A program made the translations under genes and the position numbers. From sequence record SRR20825019_2481: 32,157 nucleotides of DNA, one strand, 5' to 3'. Positions 15,613-24,516 of the stretch are shown here, one piece after another. Each line of letters opens with the position of its first letter. Position 1 is the stretch's first letter. Below the pieces are notes generated by a model. The model was not told the origin of the DNA, ran no database searches, and saw only the letters and a list, made by a program, of their open reading frames with translations.

Positions 15613-17262
15613 ATGAATACACTTAATACTTTTCTCCGCGCGACTCTCGTGCTGTTGGCCGTCATCACTTCCCTGGTCAATGTCCATGCCGATCAATCAT
15701 CCGGGAAGGCCGCCTATGTGATGCAGATGACGGATGATTGGCTCATCGATGGCGATTTACCCGAACAGGCCATGCTGATCAGCTTGCAGGGACTTGCCAA
15801 CCGCAACGGCCCAAGGCTTTATCTCGAATACGGTCCAAAGTGGCCGTGGCAGATTACCAAACCGTTGCGCGGGTTTTATGAAGACACCCACGGTTTCCAA
15901 TTCACCAAACTGAAAACCGCCAAGGAAGCCCTGGACGCGCTGGCCTCATCGACCAAAGGCTATGTCGTGTGGGATAAGGAAGTGCGCACTTCACTCATCG
16001 TGGCGTTTACGGTCTCCGGTCTGGAAGACGCGCTCGTAGTGAATGAAGATTTGATACCGTTGGCCGAAGCAGCCGGACTTAAGATGCTGGTTGATCTGCG
16101 CGGCGACTTTCGCGGCATGCCTGATCATGAAATTTACCAGATCGCCATGAATCGCTATTGGGATCGTTGCAGCCGCGATGTGGTGATCTGGATGGGCGGA
16201 CATGCCGGACGCCGCATGGAGCCGGGCATGTCCGATTGGGGTATCTACAACAGAGCGTTTTTCTCCGACCTCTCCCACAACCCCAAACATCCGGAAGAAC
16301 TCGCCCTAACCAACAAGATTTATCAGGAGCAAAACCCGCAAAGCTACGTGATGGGATGGCATTCCTACGCCAAGGACACCGAAGGCCAGCAGGTTGCGAT
16401 GACTTCCAGCTACGGTCTGCGCATGGAAGGACTCAACACTCTTCCCAATCTCAGCTTCAACACCCACGTTGGCTTCTCGGAAGGCTTCACGTTCAAAAAT
16501 AATCACAACGTCGAACCAGACGAGATCGTCGTTCCAGAAGACAAAGTCTATCTCGCGCTGATCCAGACCGACGGGATCGGGATCGGCGCCTGGACCAAGC
16601 CAGGACGCGGTAAGCTCCCCTATTCATGGGGAGTGGCATTGAGCTGGGTCGATTTCTCCCCCGGACTGATCGAATATTTCTACGCGGGTGCCAAGCCGAA
16701 GGACTACTTCATCGGCTACTCGTTCCCAAGTTACATCTATCCGAAGCCCGTGCCCGACAGTGCCTACCCCATCCTGCAGGCCGAAACCCGCCGCCTGATG
16801 AAAGCGCTCGATCTGCGCGTGATGGACACGATGGACTACTCCGAAGGTAACCGGCACGTTGGCAATACCGACCTGACCAAAAACGTGGTCGATCATATCT
16901 ATAACGGTTACCCTGATGTGATCGGTTTCACGAATGGCTACGGCACCGCCCGCACCTACGATCTGCGCGACGGTCGTGCGATGATTTCGTATGATTACTA
17001 TCTGGGCACCAGACGTCCGGTGAAAGAAGCCGTCGCCGATCTCGAGGAGTTGATGGCGCTGAACACCGAGCGGCCCTACTACCTGCTCGTGCACGTGCGT
17101 GAATCCTCCAGTATCGATCGCGTCGCGGAAATTCTCGATGGACTCGAAGAACCGGTCGAAGTCGTGCCTCTTGATGTTTTCTTAAAAATGGCGGGACAGA
17201 CGAAGACCTACAAAACCCGTTACAAGCAGGACGGCGATCCCGTGGTTCGCAACCCCCTCTGA
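15613..17262 (+). CDS. Secreted GxGYxYP-family putative glycoside hydrolase
   Basis: Signal peptide; SLQGLANRNGPRLY, KGYVVWD, VMGW, NLSF, RGKLPYSW, IEYFY, DYFIG…SYIYP; AGGA upstream. Confidence 0.75.
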   Translation: MNTLNTFLRATLVLLAVITSLVNVHADQSSGKAAYVMQMTDDWLIDGDLPEQAMLISLQGLANRNGPRLYLEYGPKWPWQITKPLRGFYEDTHGFQFTKLKTAKEALDALASSTKGYVVWDKEVRTSLIVAFTVSGLEDALVVNEDLIPLAEAAGLKMLVDLRGDFRGMPDHEIYQIAMNRYWDRCSRDVVIWMGGHAGRRMEPGMSDWGIYNRAFFSDLSHNPKHPEELALTNKIYQEQNPQSYVMGWHSYAKDTEGQQVAMTSSYGLRMEGLNTLPNLSFNTHVGFSEGFTFKNNHNVEPDEIVVPEDKVYLALIQTDGIGIGAWTKPGRGKLPYSWGVALSWVDFSPGLIEYFYAGAKPKDYFIGYSFPSYIYPKPVPDSAYPILQAETRRLMKALDLRVMDTMDYSEGNRHVGNTDLTKNVVDHIYNGYPDVIGFTNGYGTARTYDLRDGRAMISYDYYLGTRRPVKEAVADLEELMALNTERPYYLLVHVRESSSIDRVAEILDGLEEPVEVVPLDVFLKMAGQTKTYKTRYKQDGDPVVRNPL

Positions 17263-17290
17263 GCGAATCCGAATCATCCTCAAAACTTCG

Positions 17291-17320
17291 AAAGCGCGCC
17301 CTCATCCGGCGCGCTTTTTT
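17291..17320 (+). terminator. Rho-independent terminator
   Basis: AAAGCGCGCC-ctcatcc-GGCGCGCTTT followed by a T-run, 28 nt after the stop at 17262. Confidence 0.85.
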
Positions 17321-17332
17321 GTGAAATCATGA

Positions 17333-17360
17333 AACCACGAAACAACCCAAATTCACGAAA
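17333..17360. repeat. Degenerate triad of short repeats (AACCACGAAA/CAACCCAAAT/TCACGAAA)
   Basis: Seen directly; resembles the reverse complement of the 8227-8253 triad (CCACGGAA…). Confidence 0.35.
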
Positions 17361-17420
17361 CTATCAGGGCATGTTGCGACACTGTCTTTCGCGGTTATGG
17401 TGTGCTTCGAGGCCAGCTCA

Positions 17421-18758
17421 TCACCCGATCTGACGTCGGATGCCCGGATAATAGAATCCCAGGGTGAGCGCACGGACGATGACGTAGCCGATAAAGCAGA
17501 GCCAAAGCGCGGTGTTGCCGTGAGCGGGTGCAAGCCAGGCACTCGCGGAAATAAACAGGACGACGGACATCAGGGAGGCATTGCGCATTTCGGCAGCGTG
17601 AGTCGTCCCGATAAAGATGCCATCGAGTTGAAAGGCCGCGAAGGAGCAGACGATATAAACCGCAACATAGGGCAGAAACGTCGCGGCGATTTGCCGCACG
17701 TTTTCGAGGTCCGTGAGCGCATTGATGAACGACGATCCGAATCCGATCAGGACCAGTCCCAAGATCACTGCCGTGACCATGGCAAGTAGCGTGGTCCGCC
17801 CCACCGCGCGATCAAACTGCGCAAGATCGCGCCGTCCTTTCGCGGCTCCCACCAGCGATTCGGCGGGAAGCGCGAATCCATCAAGAAAGAAGGCACAGAA
17901 AGAAATCAGGCTGAGCAACACGTGATTGGCCGCGAGTTGTGCTTCGCCCAACAAAGCCCCCTGTCGCGTAAACCATGCGAATCCCGCGAGCATCGCCAGC
18001 GTGCGAATCATGATATTGCCCTGGGTGAAAAAGGTGAGCCGGAGCGCCGCCGCCTGACGTAATTCCGCCCAAGGAATCATCGGCGCGTCATCACGATGTT
18101 GCCCACGCAACAAGCGCACGATCAGCCAAAGCCCGAAGAGCGCGGCGCACCATTCGGCGATCAATGTGCCCATCGCGATCCCGCGCACGCCCCAGTCGAA
18201 AACACCTGCGAACAACAGATCGAGCGCGATGTTGAGACCGTTGAGCACCAGTTGCACCGCGAGGAGCTGACGCGTGCGCCCCAGACCGATCAGCGCACCG
18301 GAGATCGCAAACGTCGCCAGCGTGGCCGGGGCGGCCCAGACGCGGATAAAGAAATAACTGCGGGCCAATCCTTCCACTTCGTCGGTCGCTCCCATCAACG
18401 GAAACACAAGCGCGGCCAGCGGCACCTGCAGCGCGATAATCGCACATCCGAAAACAATCCCTGTAATAATCGCGCGAAAGATCGCCGCGCGCGCTTCGAT
18501 TCCTCGATCCGCACCGACCGCCTGCGCGACAAATCCCGTGGTGCTCATGCGCAGAAAACCAAACGCCCATTGCATGAAATTCAGCACCAGTGCACCGATC
18601 GCGATCGCGCCCAGCGCCGCCGCCGGCCGCGTGTGCCCAATCACCGCGGTATCGACCAATCCGAGAAACGGGGTCGCGATATTCGCCACCACCACCGGCC
18701 ACGCGAGGAGGAAAATCTGACGATAAGACGGGGTGTTATCTGAAGCCGACGCGCGCAT
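17421..18758 (-). CDS. dinF: MATE family efflux transporter (DinF-like)
   Basis: LAWPVVVANIATPFLGLVDTAVIGH, FGFLRMSTTG, NIALD, FLDGFA, FQLDGIFIG; about 12 hydrophobic segments. ATG overlaps the sulfatase stop (TGATG). Confidence 0.9.
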   Translation of the reverse strand: MRASASDNTPSYRQIFLLAWPVVVANIATPFLGLVDTAVIGHTRPAAALGAIAIGALVLNFMQWAFGFLRMSTTGFVAQAVGADRGIEARAAIFRAIITGIVFGCAIIALQVPLAALVFPLMGATDEVEGLARSYFFIRVWAAPATLATFAISGALIGLGRTRQLLAVQLVLNGLNIALDLLFAGVFDWGVRGIAMGTLIAEWCAALFGLWLIVRLLRGQHRDDAPMIPWAELRQAAALRLTFFTQGNIMIRTLAMLAGFAWFTRQGALLGEAQLAANHVLLSLISFCAFFLDGFALPAESLVGAAKGRRDLAQFDRAVGRTTLLAMVTAVILGLVLIGFGSSFINALTDLENVRQIAATFLPYVAVYIVCSFAAFQLDGIFIGTTHAAEMRNASLMSVVLFISASAWLAPAHGNTALWLCFIGYVIVRALTLGFYYPGIRRQIG

Positions 18759-20233
18759 CAATTCGGTGACCAACCCACCCGCGCGTATTGTTCGGGCGGT
18801 GCATCGATTTCCGCCATCAATCGTTTCGCATGATCGACCATCCGTGATTCCACTTCCGCATCATCCAGCGAATTTTCCTGAGCCGGATCGTTCTGCAAGT
18901 CGTAAAGCAGGGTGCCGTATGGATCGGTGATCCTCCGTTGAGCGGATGTAGCATAACGCATCAGAGGCACGCCTTTACTGAAAGAAAGCGGACCAACCGG
19001 TTCGGCGGATTGCAGTTTTTCGAGAGTATAACGGCACGCCATATTCGCCGGATCCAGCGTGTAGTCCCACAGCGGGCCGGTGTAATCGGGATCGTTCGCC
19101 CGCATGTAAACATAGCGACCATCGGTCACGTTGAGATAGTGATTCGTGTAACCGAAGAGCGCCGCCTCCCGCACGGGAGTGTCGTCGGCCACGGCACCAC
19201 GCAGAGATTTGCCGGTCATGTCTGCGGTGGATTCGCAGCCGAAGAAGTCGAGCAGCGTGGGTCCCCAATCGATGATCTGAGCGAGTGACTCGCGTGGCTC
19301 GTTCTGCACGCCGGATTGCGGATCCCAAATGAAGAGCGGCGTGTGACAGAGTTCATCCCAGAGCGGACTCAGATTCTTCGCCACATAACCATGTTCGCCG
19401 AGAAAGAAGCCGTGATCGGTGCCCACGATCAGCATCGTGTCCCTCCACATATCGTGCCGATCCATTGCATCGAGCACCCGACCGAGCGAATGATCGCACA
19501 TGGCCACGAGGGCGGAGTATTCCTTTCGCCATTGCGGCAGTAGATCCGCATCTGCGCCCAGTTCTTTCAGCGCTCCATAGGTCGGCCAATCCGTGACGGG
19601 CCCAGTATAGTCCGGCGAGTAGAGTTGACGCCATTCCTCGGTCGCGAAAAACGGCTCGTGCGGATCGAAGGTCTCAATCTGGAGGAACCAGTTATCGGTA
19701 GCGTGATGATGACCGATGAATTCCAACCCCGAATCGAAGGTGCGGATCTGACTGTGCGGCTGCTGTGCACGATTGGCCATATCCTGCCGGTTTCGTTCGG
19801 CCGAATGCCGATTGGCAATTTCGGGAACGACAAACTCCGTGTCCAGACGCGGCTTCCAGGGATCTCCCTCCTGCCCTCGGATGAAATCCCAAGTCGAAAA
19901 CTTCGGGTGGTAGTTTTGCCCGCCTTCCTCAAAGTAGTGATAGTGATCCGTCACCAAGTGAGAATGCACACCGGCCTGTTGCTTGAGCATCTCCGGAAAG
20001 GCATCGTCAAACGGCTCCATCGGTCCCCAGCCGCGATGCAAAAACCCCGGACGCCCCGTCAGCAGATCGCGGCGCGCCGGCATACACGGCATCGAACACA
20101 CGTAGGAGTTCATCATCGTGGCGCTGTGTCGGGCCAGTCTCGTGAAATTCGGAGTCGGCACCCCCGCCTGTCCACCATACGGCTCGAGCCATTGACGGTT
20201 AAGGGAATCAAACATGACGACGATGGCTTTCAT
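18758..20233 (-). CDS. Cys-type (FGly-dependent, S1) sulfatase, no signal peptide
   Basis: VVMFDSL, TPNF, CMPARR (CxPxR) .LLTG, FDPHEPF, TDHG..LGEHG..AK, LYDLQNDP. Confidence 0.93.
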   Translation of the reverse strand: MKAIVVMFDSLNRQWLEPYGGQAGVPTPNFTRLARHSATMMNSYVCSMPCMPARRDLLTGRPGFLHRGWGPMEPFDDAFPEMLKQQAGVHSHLVTDHYHYFEEGGQNYHPKFSTWDFIRGQEGDPWKPRLDTEFVVPEIANRHSAERNRQDMANRAQQPHSQIRTFDSGLEFIGHHHATDNWFLQIETFDPHEPFFATEEWRQLYSPDYTGPVTDWPTYGALKELGADADLLPQWRKEYSALVAMCDHSLGRVLDAMDRHDMWRDTMLIVGTDHGFFLGEHGYVAKNLSPLWDELCHTPLFIWDPQSGVQNEPRESLAQIIDWGPTLLDFFGCESTADMTGKSLRGAVADDTPVREAALFGYTNHYLNVTDGRYVYMRANDPDYTGPLWDYTLDPANMACRYTLEKLQSAEPVGPLSFSKGVPLMRYATSAQRRITDPYGTLLYDLQNDPAQENSLDDAEVESRMVDHAKRLMAEIDAPPEQYARVGWSPN

Positions 20234-20427
20234 AGGCAGGGGACTCGGGGTTAACGAAAACGAATTTTCAGAATTTCCCAGAGATCGGGAGGGGGCAAGC
20301 TTAGGCAAGTGTGTTTAGACTGGGAGCAGCTCGGGGAAATCACCCATGAACTGGGCTGTCCCCATTATTATCATCTTGGACGTTTTTCATAGTTACATTC
20401 CGGTCGTTCTTTTCATCATCGGCCTCC

Positions 20428-21477
20428 ATGACTCAAACGGCTGATCTCGGATTTGGAATTATCGGCAGCGGCATGATCGCGGATTATCATGCCCTCGCGA
20501 TCAACGACGCGAGTGGCGCGCGGCTCGTCGGAGTGGCCGGACGCAACGCCGCCACGGTGTCCGCACTCGCCGAGAAACACGGCGCACCGTTTCACACCAC
20601 CGACATCGAGGCGTTGGTGGCGCGCGACGATATTCAGGTCGTCTGCATCGCCACCCCCAGCGGCGCCCATCTCGAACCCGCCCTTGCCGCGATCCGGGCC
20701 GGCAAACATGTCGTGATCGAAAAGCCCCTCGAAATTACGGTTGAGCGTGTGGACAAATTACTCGCCGCTGCGAAAGCCGCGGGCGTCATCGTCGCACCGA
20801 TCTTTCAGGCGCGTTTCGGAAAGAGCGCACAACTCATCAAAGCTGCGATTGAGGCCGGACGCTTCGGCCCGCTCGTTCTCGCCAGTGCCTACGTGAAATG
20901 GTATCGCGCACCGGAGTATTATCAGGGTTGGAAAGGCACCCTCGCCCTGGACGGCGGCGGCGCGACGATGAACCAATCCATCCACGGCATCGATCTGCTC
21001 CAGTGGTTCGCCGGGATGCCGGTGGAGGTCTTCGGTCGCACAACGCGACGTGTGCATAAGAGCATCGAAGGCGAAGACACGGCCTGCGCGAGTCTGCGTT
21101 ACGCCGACGGAGCGCTCGGCACGATCGAAGCCAGCACAGCGGCCTATCCCGGGTGGGCCCGCCGGATCGAGATATGCGGAGAAAACGGCGCGGTCTCGCT
21201 CGAGGATGATACGATTGTGCGTTGGGATTTTCGCGACGCCCGACCCGAAGACGACGCGATCCGCAACGCCGAGGGCGACGCCACGATGGGCTCCGGTTCC
21301 AGTGATCCCAAGTCAATCAGCCACCAGGGGCATCTTCGCCAGATTCAGGACCTCGTGAATCACCTGTGCGATGGCGCTCCTCTCGGAATCGACGGCCCCG
21401 AGGCACGCAAGGCCGTGTCGCTGATCCGCGCCATCTACGATTCCGGTGAGACCGGACGGCCGGTCTCACCGGCTTGA
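20428..21477 (+). CDS. Gfo/Idh/MocA family oxidoreductase
   Basis: GIIGSGMIA, IATPSGAH, GKHVVIEKP, GGGATMNQSIHGIDL, EDT. Confidence 0.95.
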   Translation: MTQTADLGFGIIGSGMIADYHALAINDASGARLVGVAGRNAATVSALAEKHGAPFHTTDIEALVARDDIQVVCIATPSGAHLEPALAAIRAGKHVVIEKPLEITVERVDKLLAAAKAAGVIVAPIFQARFGKSAQLIKAAIEAGRFGPLVLASAYVKWYRAPEYYQGWKGTLALDGGGATMNQSIHGIDLLQWFAGMPVEVFGRTTRRVHKSIEGEDTACASLRYADGALGTIEASTAAYPGWARRIEICGENGAVSLEDDTIVRWDFRDARPEDDAIRNAEGDATMGSGSSDPKSISHQGHLRQIQDLVNHLCDGAPLGIDGPEARKAVSLIRAIYDSGETGRPVSPA

Positions 21478-21539
21478 GATTAATATTTACCGATCGGCAT
21501 GTTACGGAAACGTCACTGGCAACATGAATTGGGGCTTTC

Positions 21540-21565
21540 GGTAACTTTTCCACCGGAAGCACGTC
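21540..21565 (+). promoter_or_regulatory. Putative ECF-sigma-type promoter for the RND operon
   Basis: GGTAAC-N16-CGTC (AAC/CGT core), ending 34 nt before ATG 21600. Confidence 0.4.
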
Positions 21566-21599
21566 ACTTAAAATCCAAACTTTCATCACGCTACTCTGA

Positions 21600-23030
21600 A
21601 TGGGATTTTCACTCTTAAAATTATCCGGCCGCAACTTCGGGACACCCTTGGTGGGACTGATCTTGATTCTGGGCGGGTGCGCCTCTTCTCCGGAGAGCCA
21701 AATCGAAGAAATCCAGATTCCCGTGCCGGAATATTGGCATGCGGATGACAGTCGGGAAAGTTTTCAGCCCCAGAGCTGGATGCGCGATATCGCTGATCCG
21801 AAGCTGGAAGAGATTCTGCGTGAGGCTCTGGAGCACAATTTCAGTCTGGCGGTGGCCCAGGCGAAATTGGAAGCGAGCCTGGCCGGGAGCAAATCCACCC
21901 AATCAGTGATTTGGCCGACTCTGGACGCCAGTGGCAGCCTCAATGAATCACGGCGCAGTTCCGCCAGCGGAATCTCACAAACTCCGGTTTCCAAAACCTA
22001 TGGTCTCAACGGACGCTTCAATTGGGAACTCGATCTGTGGGGCAAGTTGCGCAATGCCTATCGTGGGGGCTTGGCCGACGCCGAGGCAGCTATCGCGGAT
22101 TATCAAGCCACCCGCCTCTCCATCGCCGGACGCACCGCGCAGGCCTGGTATCAGGCGATCGCCGCCCAACAACTCCTCGATTTCGCCGACAACACCCTGG
22201 AAACTTTCCGATCCAGCCAGCGCATCGTCGAAGAGGGCTTTGAACGGGGCATCGGCGGCGCGCTGGATGTCCGACTCGTTCGCGCCAATCTCGCCTCCGC
22301 CGCCAGTGATCGCGAAGCCGCTCTGCGCACCCACGAAGCCGCGGTCCGCAATCTCGAACAACTTCTCGGACGCTACCCCGCCAACGAACTGAAGATCGCC
22401 ACCACCTGGCCGGAGATCAGTCCGAGCATTCCGACCGGACTCCCCAGCGAGCTCTTGCTCCGTCGGCCCGATCTGCTCGCCGCCGAACGCGAACTCGCCG
22501 CCGCTGAGCAACGGAAATTCGAGGCAAAGAAAGCCATGTTGCCCAATCTCTCGCTCACTCTGAACCGCGGCACCAGCACGACGGACGTCGACGATCTCTT
22601 CGATTTCGACAGTGCCAAAGTGTGGTCGCGCATCTGGAGCCTCTCGCTTCCCATTTTCCAGGGAGGCAAGCTCAAGGCCAATTCCGCCCGGGCGCAGGCT
22701 CTGCATCGACAGGCCGTCGCCAATTACACCGAAGTCGCGCTGACGGCTTTTCGCGAAGTCGAGGATGCCCTCAGCGCGCAAAGCTCCTACCAGCGGGACT
22801 ACGCGCTCCAGCGTATTGCCACCGAGGAATCCGTCGCGGCGGAAAAACTCGCTTGGGAACAATACGAAAACGGGCTCACCGATATCACCACCGTGCTCGA
22901 TTCGGTGCGGCGCTCTCTCGCCGCTCAACGCTCTTTGATCCAAATCACCAACCAGCGGATCCAAAGCCGGATCGACCTCTACCTCGCACTGGGTGGAGGT
23001 TTCGAAGTCGATGAAACCGCCTCCCTCTGA
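21600..23030 (+). CDS. RND efflux outer membrane factor lipoprotein (OprM/NodT family)
   Basis: Lipobox LGG-C, WELDLWGK, GLPSELLLRRPD, LPIFQGG, AFREVEDAL, LYLALGGG. Confidence 0.95.
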   Translation: MGFSLLKLSGRNFGTPLVGLILILGGCASSPESQIEEIQIPVPEYWHADDSRESFQPQSWMRDIADPKLEEILREALEHNFSLAVAQAKLEASLAGSKSTQSVIWPTLDASGSLNESRRSSASGISQTPVSKTYGLNGRFNWELDLWGKLRNAYRGGLADAEAAIADYQATRLSIAGRTAQAWYQAIAAQQLLDFADNTLETFRSSQRIVEEGFERGIGGALDVRLVRANLASAASDREAALRTHEAAVRNLEQLLGRYPANELKIATTWPEISPSIPTGLPSELLLRRPDLLAAERELAAAEQRKFEAKKAMLPNLSLTLNRGTSTTDVDDLFDFDSAKVWSRIWSLSLPIFQGGKLKANSARAQALHRQAVANYTEVALTAFREVEDALSAQSSYQRDYALQRIATEESVAAEKLAWEQYENGLTDITTVLDSVRRSLAAQRSLIQITNQRIQSRIDLYLALGGGFEVDETASL

Positions 23031-23039
23031 TATTTGCGC

Positions 23040-24482
23040 ATGAAAAAAATTCTCAAAGTCCTGCTCCCGGTCGGCATCCTGACGCTGGCCGTCGGCATCA
23101 CGGTTCTGATGCTCGTGTTCAAAAAGGAAGCGCCCCGACGCAGTTTCCAAGCCCCTCCCCGCGAAGTCGTCGTGCGACCGCTGGTCAAAGCGGATTATCA
23201 AATCGTGCTGGAGTCGCAAGGGACGGTGCAGGCCCGCACCACGAGCTCATTCATCTCCGAAGTGCGGGGAAGGATCACTTCCGTCGGTCCCAATTTCCGG
23301 GAAGGTTCCTTCTTTGAGGCCGGTGAGCTGCTGCTGGAGATCGATCCGAGCGATTATCAGACGGAGCTCATTGTGGCGCAGGCCGCTTCCGCTCAGGCCG
23401 AGTTGGATCTCGCCCAGGAGCAGGCCCGGTCCGATCAAGCCAAACGCGATTGGGAGCGGCTGAATCCCGGTGTGCCCGCCAATCATTTGACGTTGCGTGA
23501 ACCCCAATTGAAACAAGTCGCCGCCGCCCTCGCCTCGGCCCAGGCGCGGATTAAAACCGCGCAAGCCAATCTCGCCCGCACTTCCATCCGGGCTCCTTTC
23601 GCCGGACGGATGCTTTCGAAGAATGTGGATGTCGGTCAATACGTAGCAACCGGAACCGAACTGGCCCGGGGATACGCGGTTGATTTCGCCGAAGTGCGCC
23701 TCCCGCTCACCGCGACCCAGTTTTCCTACCTCGACATGCCATCGATCTATCGGGGCGAAAACCCCACGATTGAAGAAGGCCCCACCGTGACCCTGAAACT
23801 TGAGGTCGCCGGGGAGACCCACCACTGGAAAGGACGCGTCGTGCGCGCGGAAGGTGCCGTCGATACGCGCAGTCGCCAACTCTTCGTCGTCGCTCAGATC
23901 AACAATCCCTATGGTCGCGGCGCCTCGGATCGTCCGCCGTTGAAGGTTGGGTCATTTGTGAAAGCCTCCCTCACCGGCAAGGTCATTAAAGACGTTTTCA
24001 TCATCCCGCGTAATCTGCTCCGGGAAAACTCCTATGTGCTCACGGTCGCCAAGGATGAAAGCGGCGATGTGATTCGCCGTCAGAAAGTCGGCGTCGTCTG
24101 GCAAAATGACGAAGTCGTGGTCGTCAATCAGGGGCTCAAATCGGGCGATTTACTCTGCCTTACCCAAGTGCCCATCGCCTTGGAAAACTATCCGGTGCGC
24201 TCCGTTCCAGAAAGCACGGTCAAAGAAACGCCAGAAACCAAGGTCACTGAACCCGTGCGTCGGGGGCCGAGCCGAACCAGCAACGCGGGCGGTGGATTCA
24301 CCGATCTCCTCGCCGCGATCCCCGCCGACAAACCGTTACCTCCCGAACTCAAAGCCAAGCTCGAAACCGCCATCGCCGCCGCCGAAAAGGGCGATCGTTC
24401 CCAGATGCGTCCGGTCATGGTGGAGCTCAGAAAATGGGCGCAGGATAACGGAGTAACCCTCCCCTCCTTCGGTCGCCCTTAA
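23040..24482 (+). CDS. RND efflux periplasmic adaptor (membrane fusion protein) with C-terminal extension
   Basis: N-terminal TM anchor, QGTV, EVRGRI..G..LL.IDP.DY, coiled hairpin, IRAPFAG, VGQYV, VDTRSR. Confidence 0.93.
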   Translation: MKKILKVLLPVGILTLAVGITVLMLVFKKEAPRRSFQAPPREVVVRPLVKADYQIVLESQGTVQARTTSSFISEVRGRITSVGPNFREGSFFEAGELLLEIDPSDYQTELIVAQAASAQAELDLAQEQARSDQAKRDWERLNPGVPANHLTLREPQLKQVAAALASAQARIKTAQANLARTSIRAPFAGRMLSKNVDVGQYVATGTELARGYAVDFAEVRLPLTATQFSYLDMPSIYRGENPTIEEGPTVTLKLEVAGETHHWKGRVVRAEGAVDTRSRQLFVVAQINNPYGRGASDRPPLKVGSFVKASLTGKVIKDVFIIPRNLLRENSYVLTVAKDESGDVIRRQKVGVVWQNDEVVVVNQGLKSGDLLCLTQVPIALENYPVRSVPESTVKETPETKVTEPVRRGPSRTSNAGGGFTDLLAAIPADKPLPPELKAKLETAIAAAEKGDRSQMRPVMVELRKWAQDNGVTLPSFGRP

Positions 24483-24516
24483 GCAGTTCCCTCACGCAGC
24501 ACAAACAGGTCACACG

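Noticed and set aside
8329-23219. Long antisense ORFs (e.g. 8329-9348, 9784-10905, 21975-23219)
   Set aside because: Shadows of well-supported genes caused by GC-rich codon bias; no motifs.
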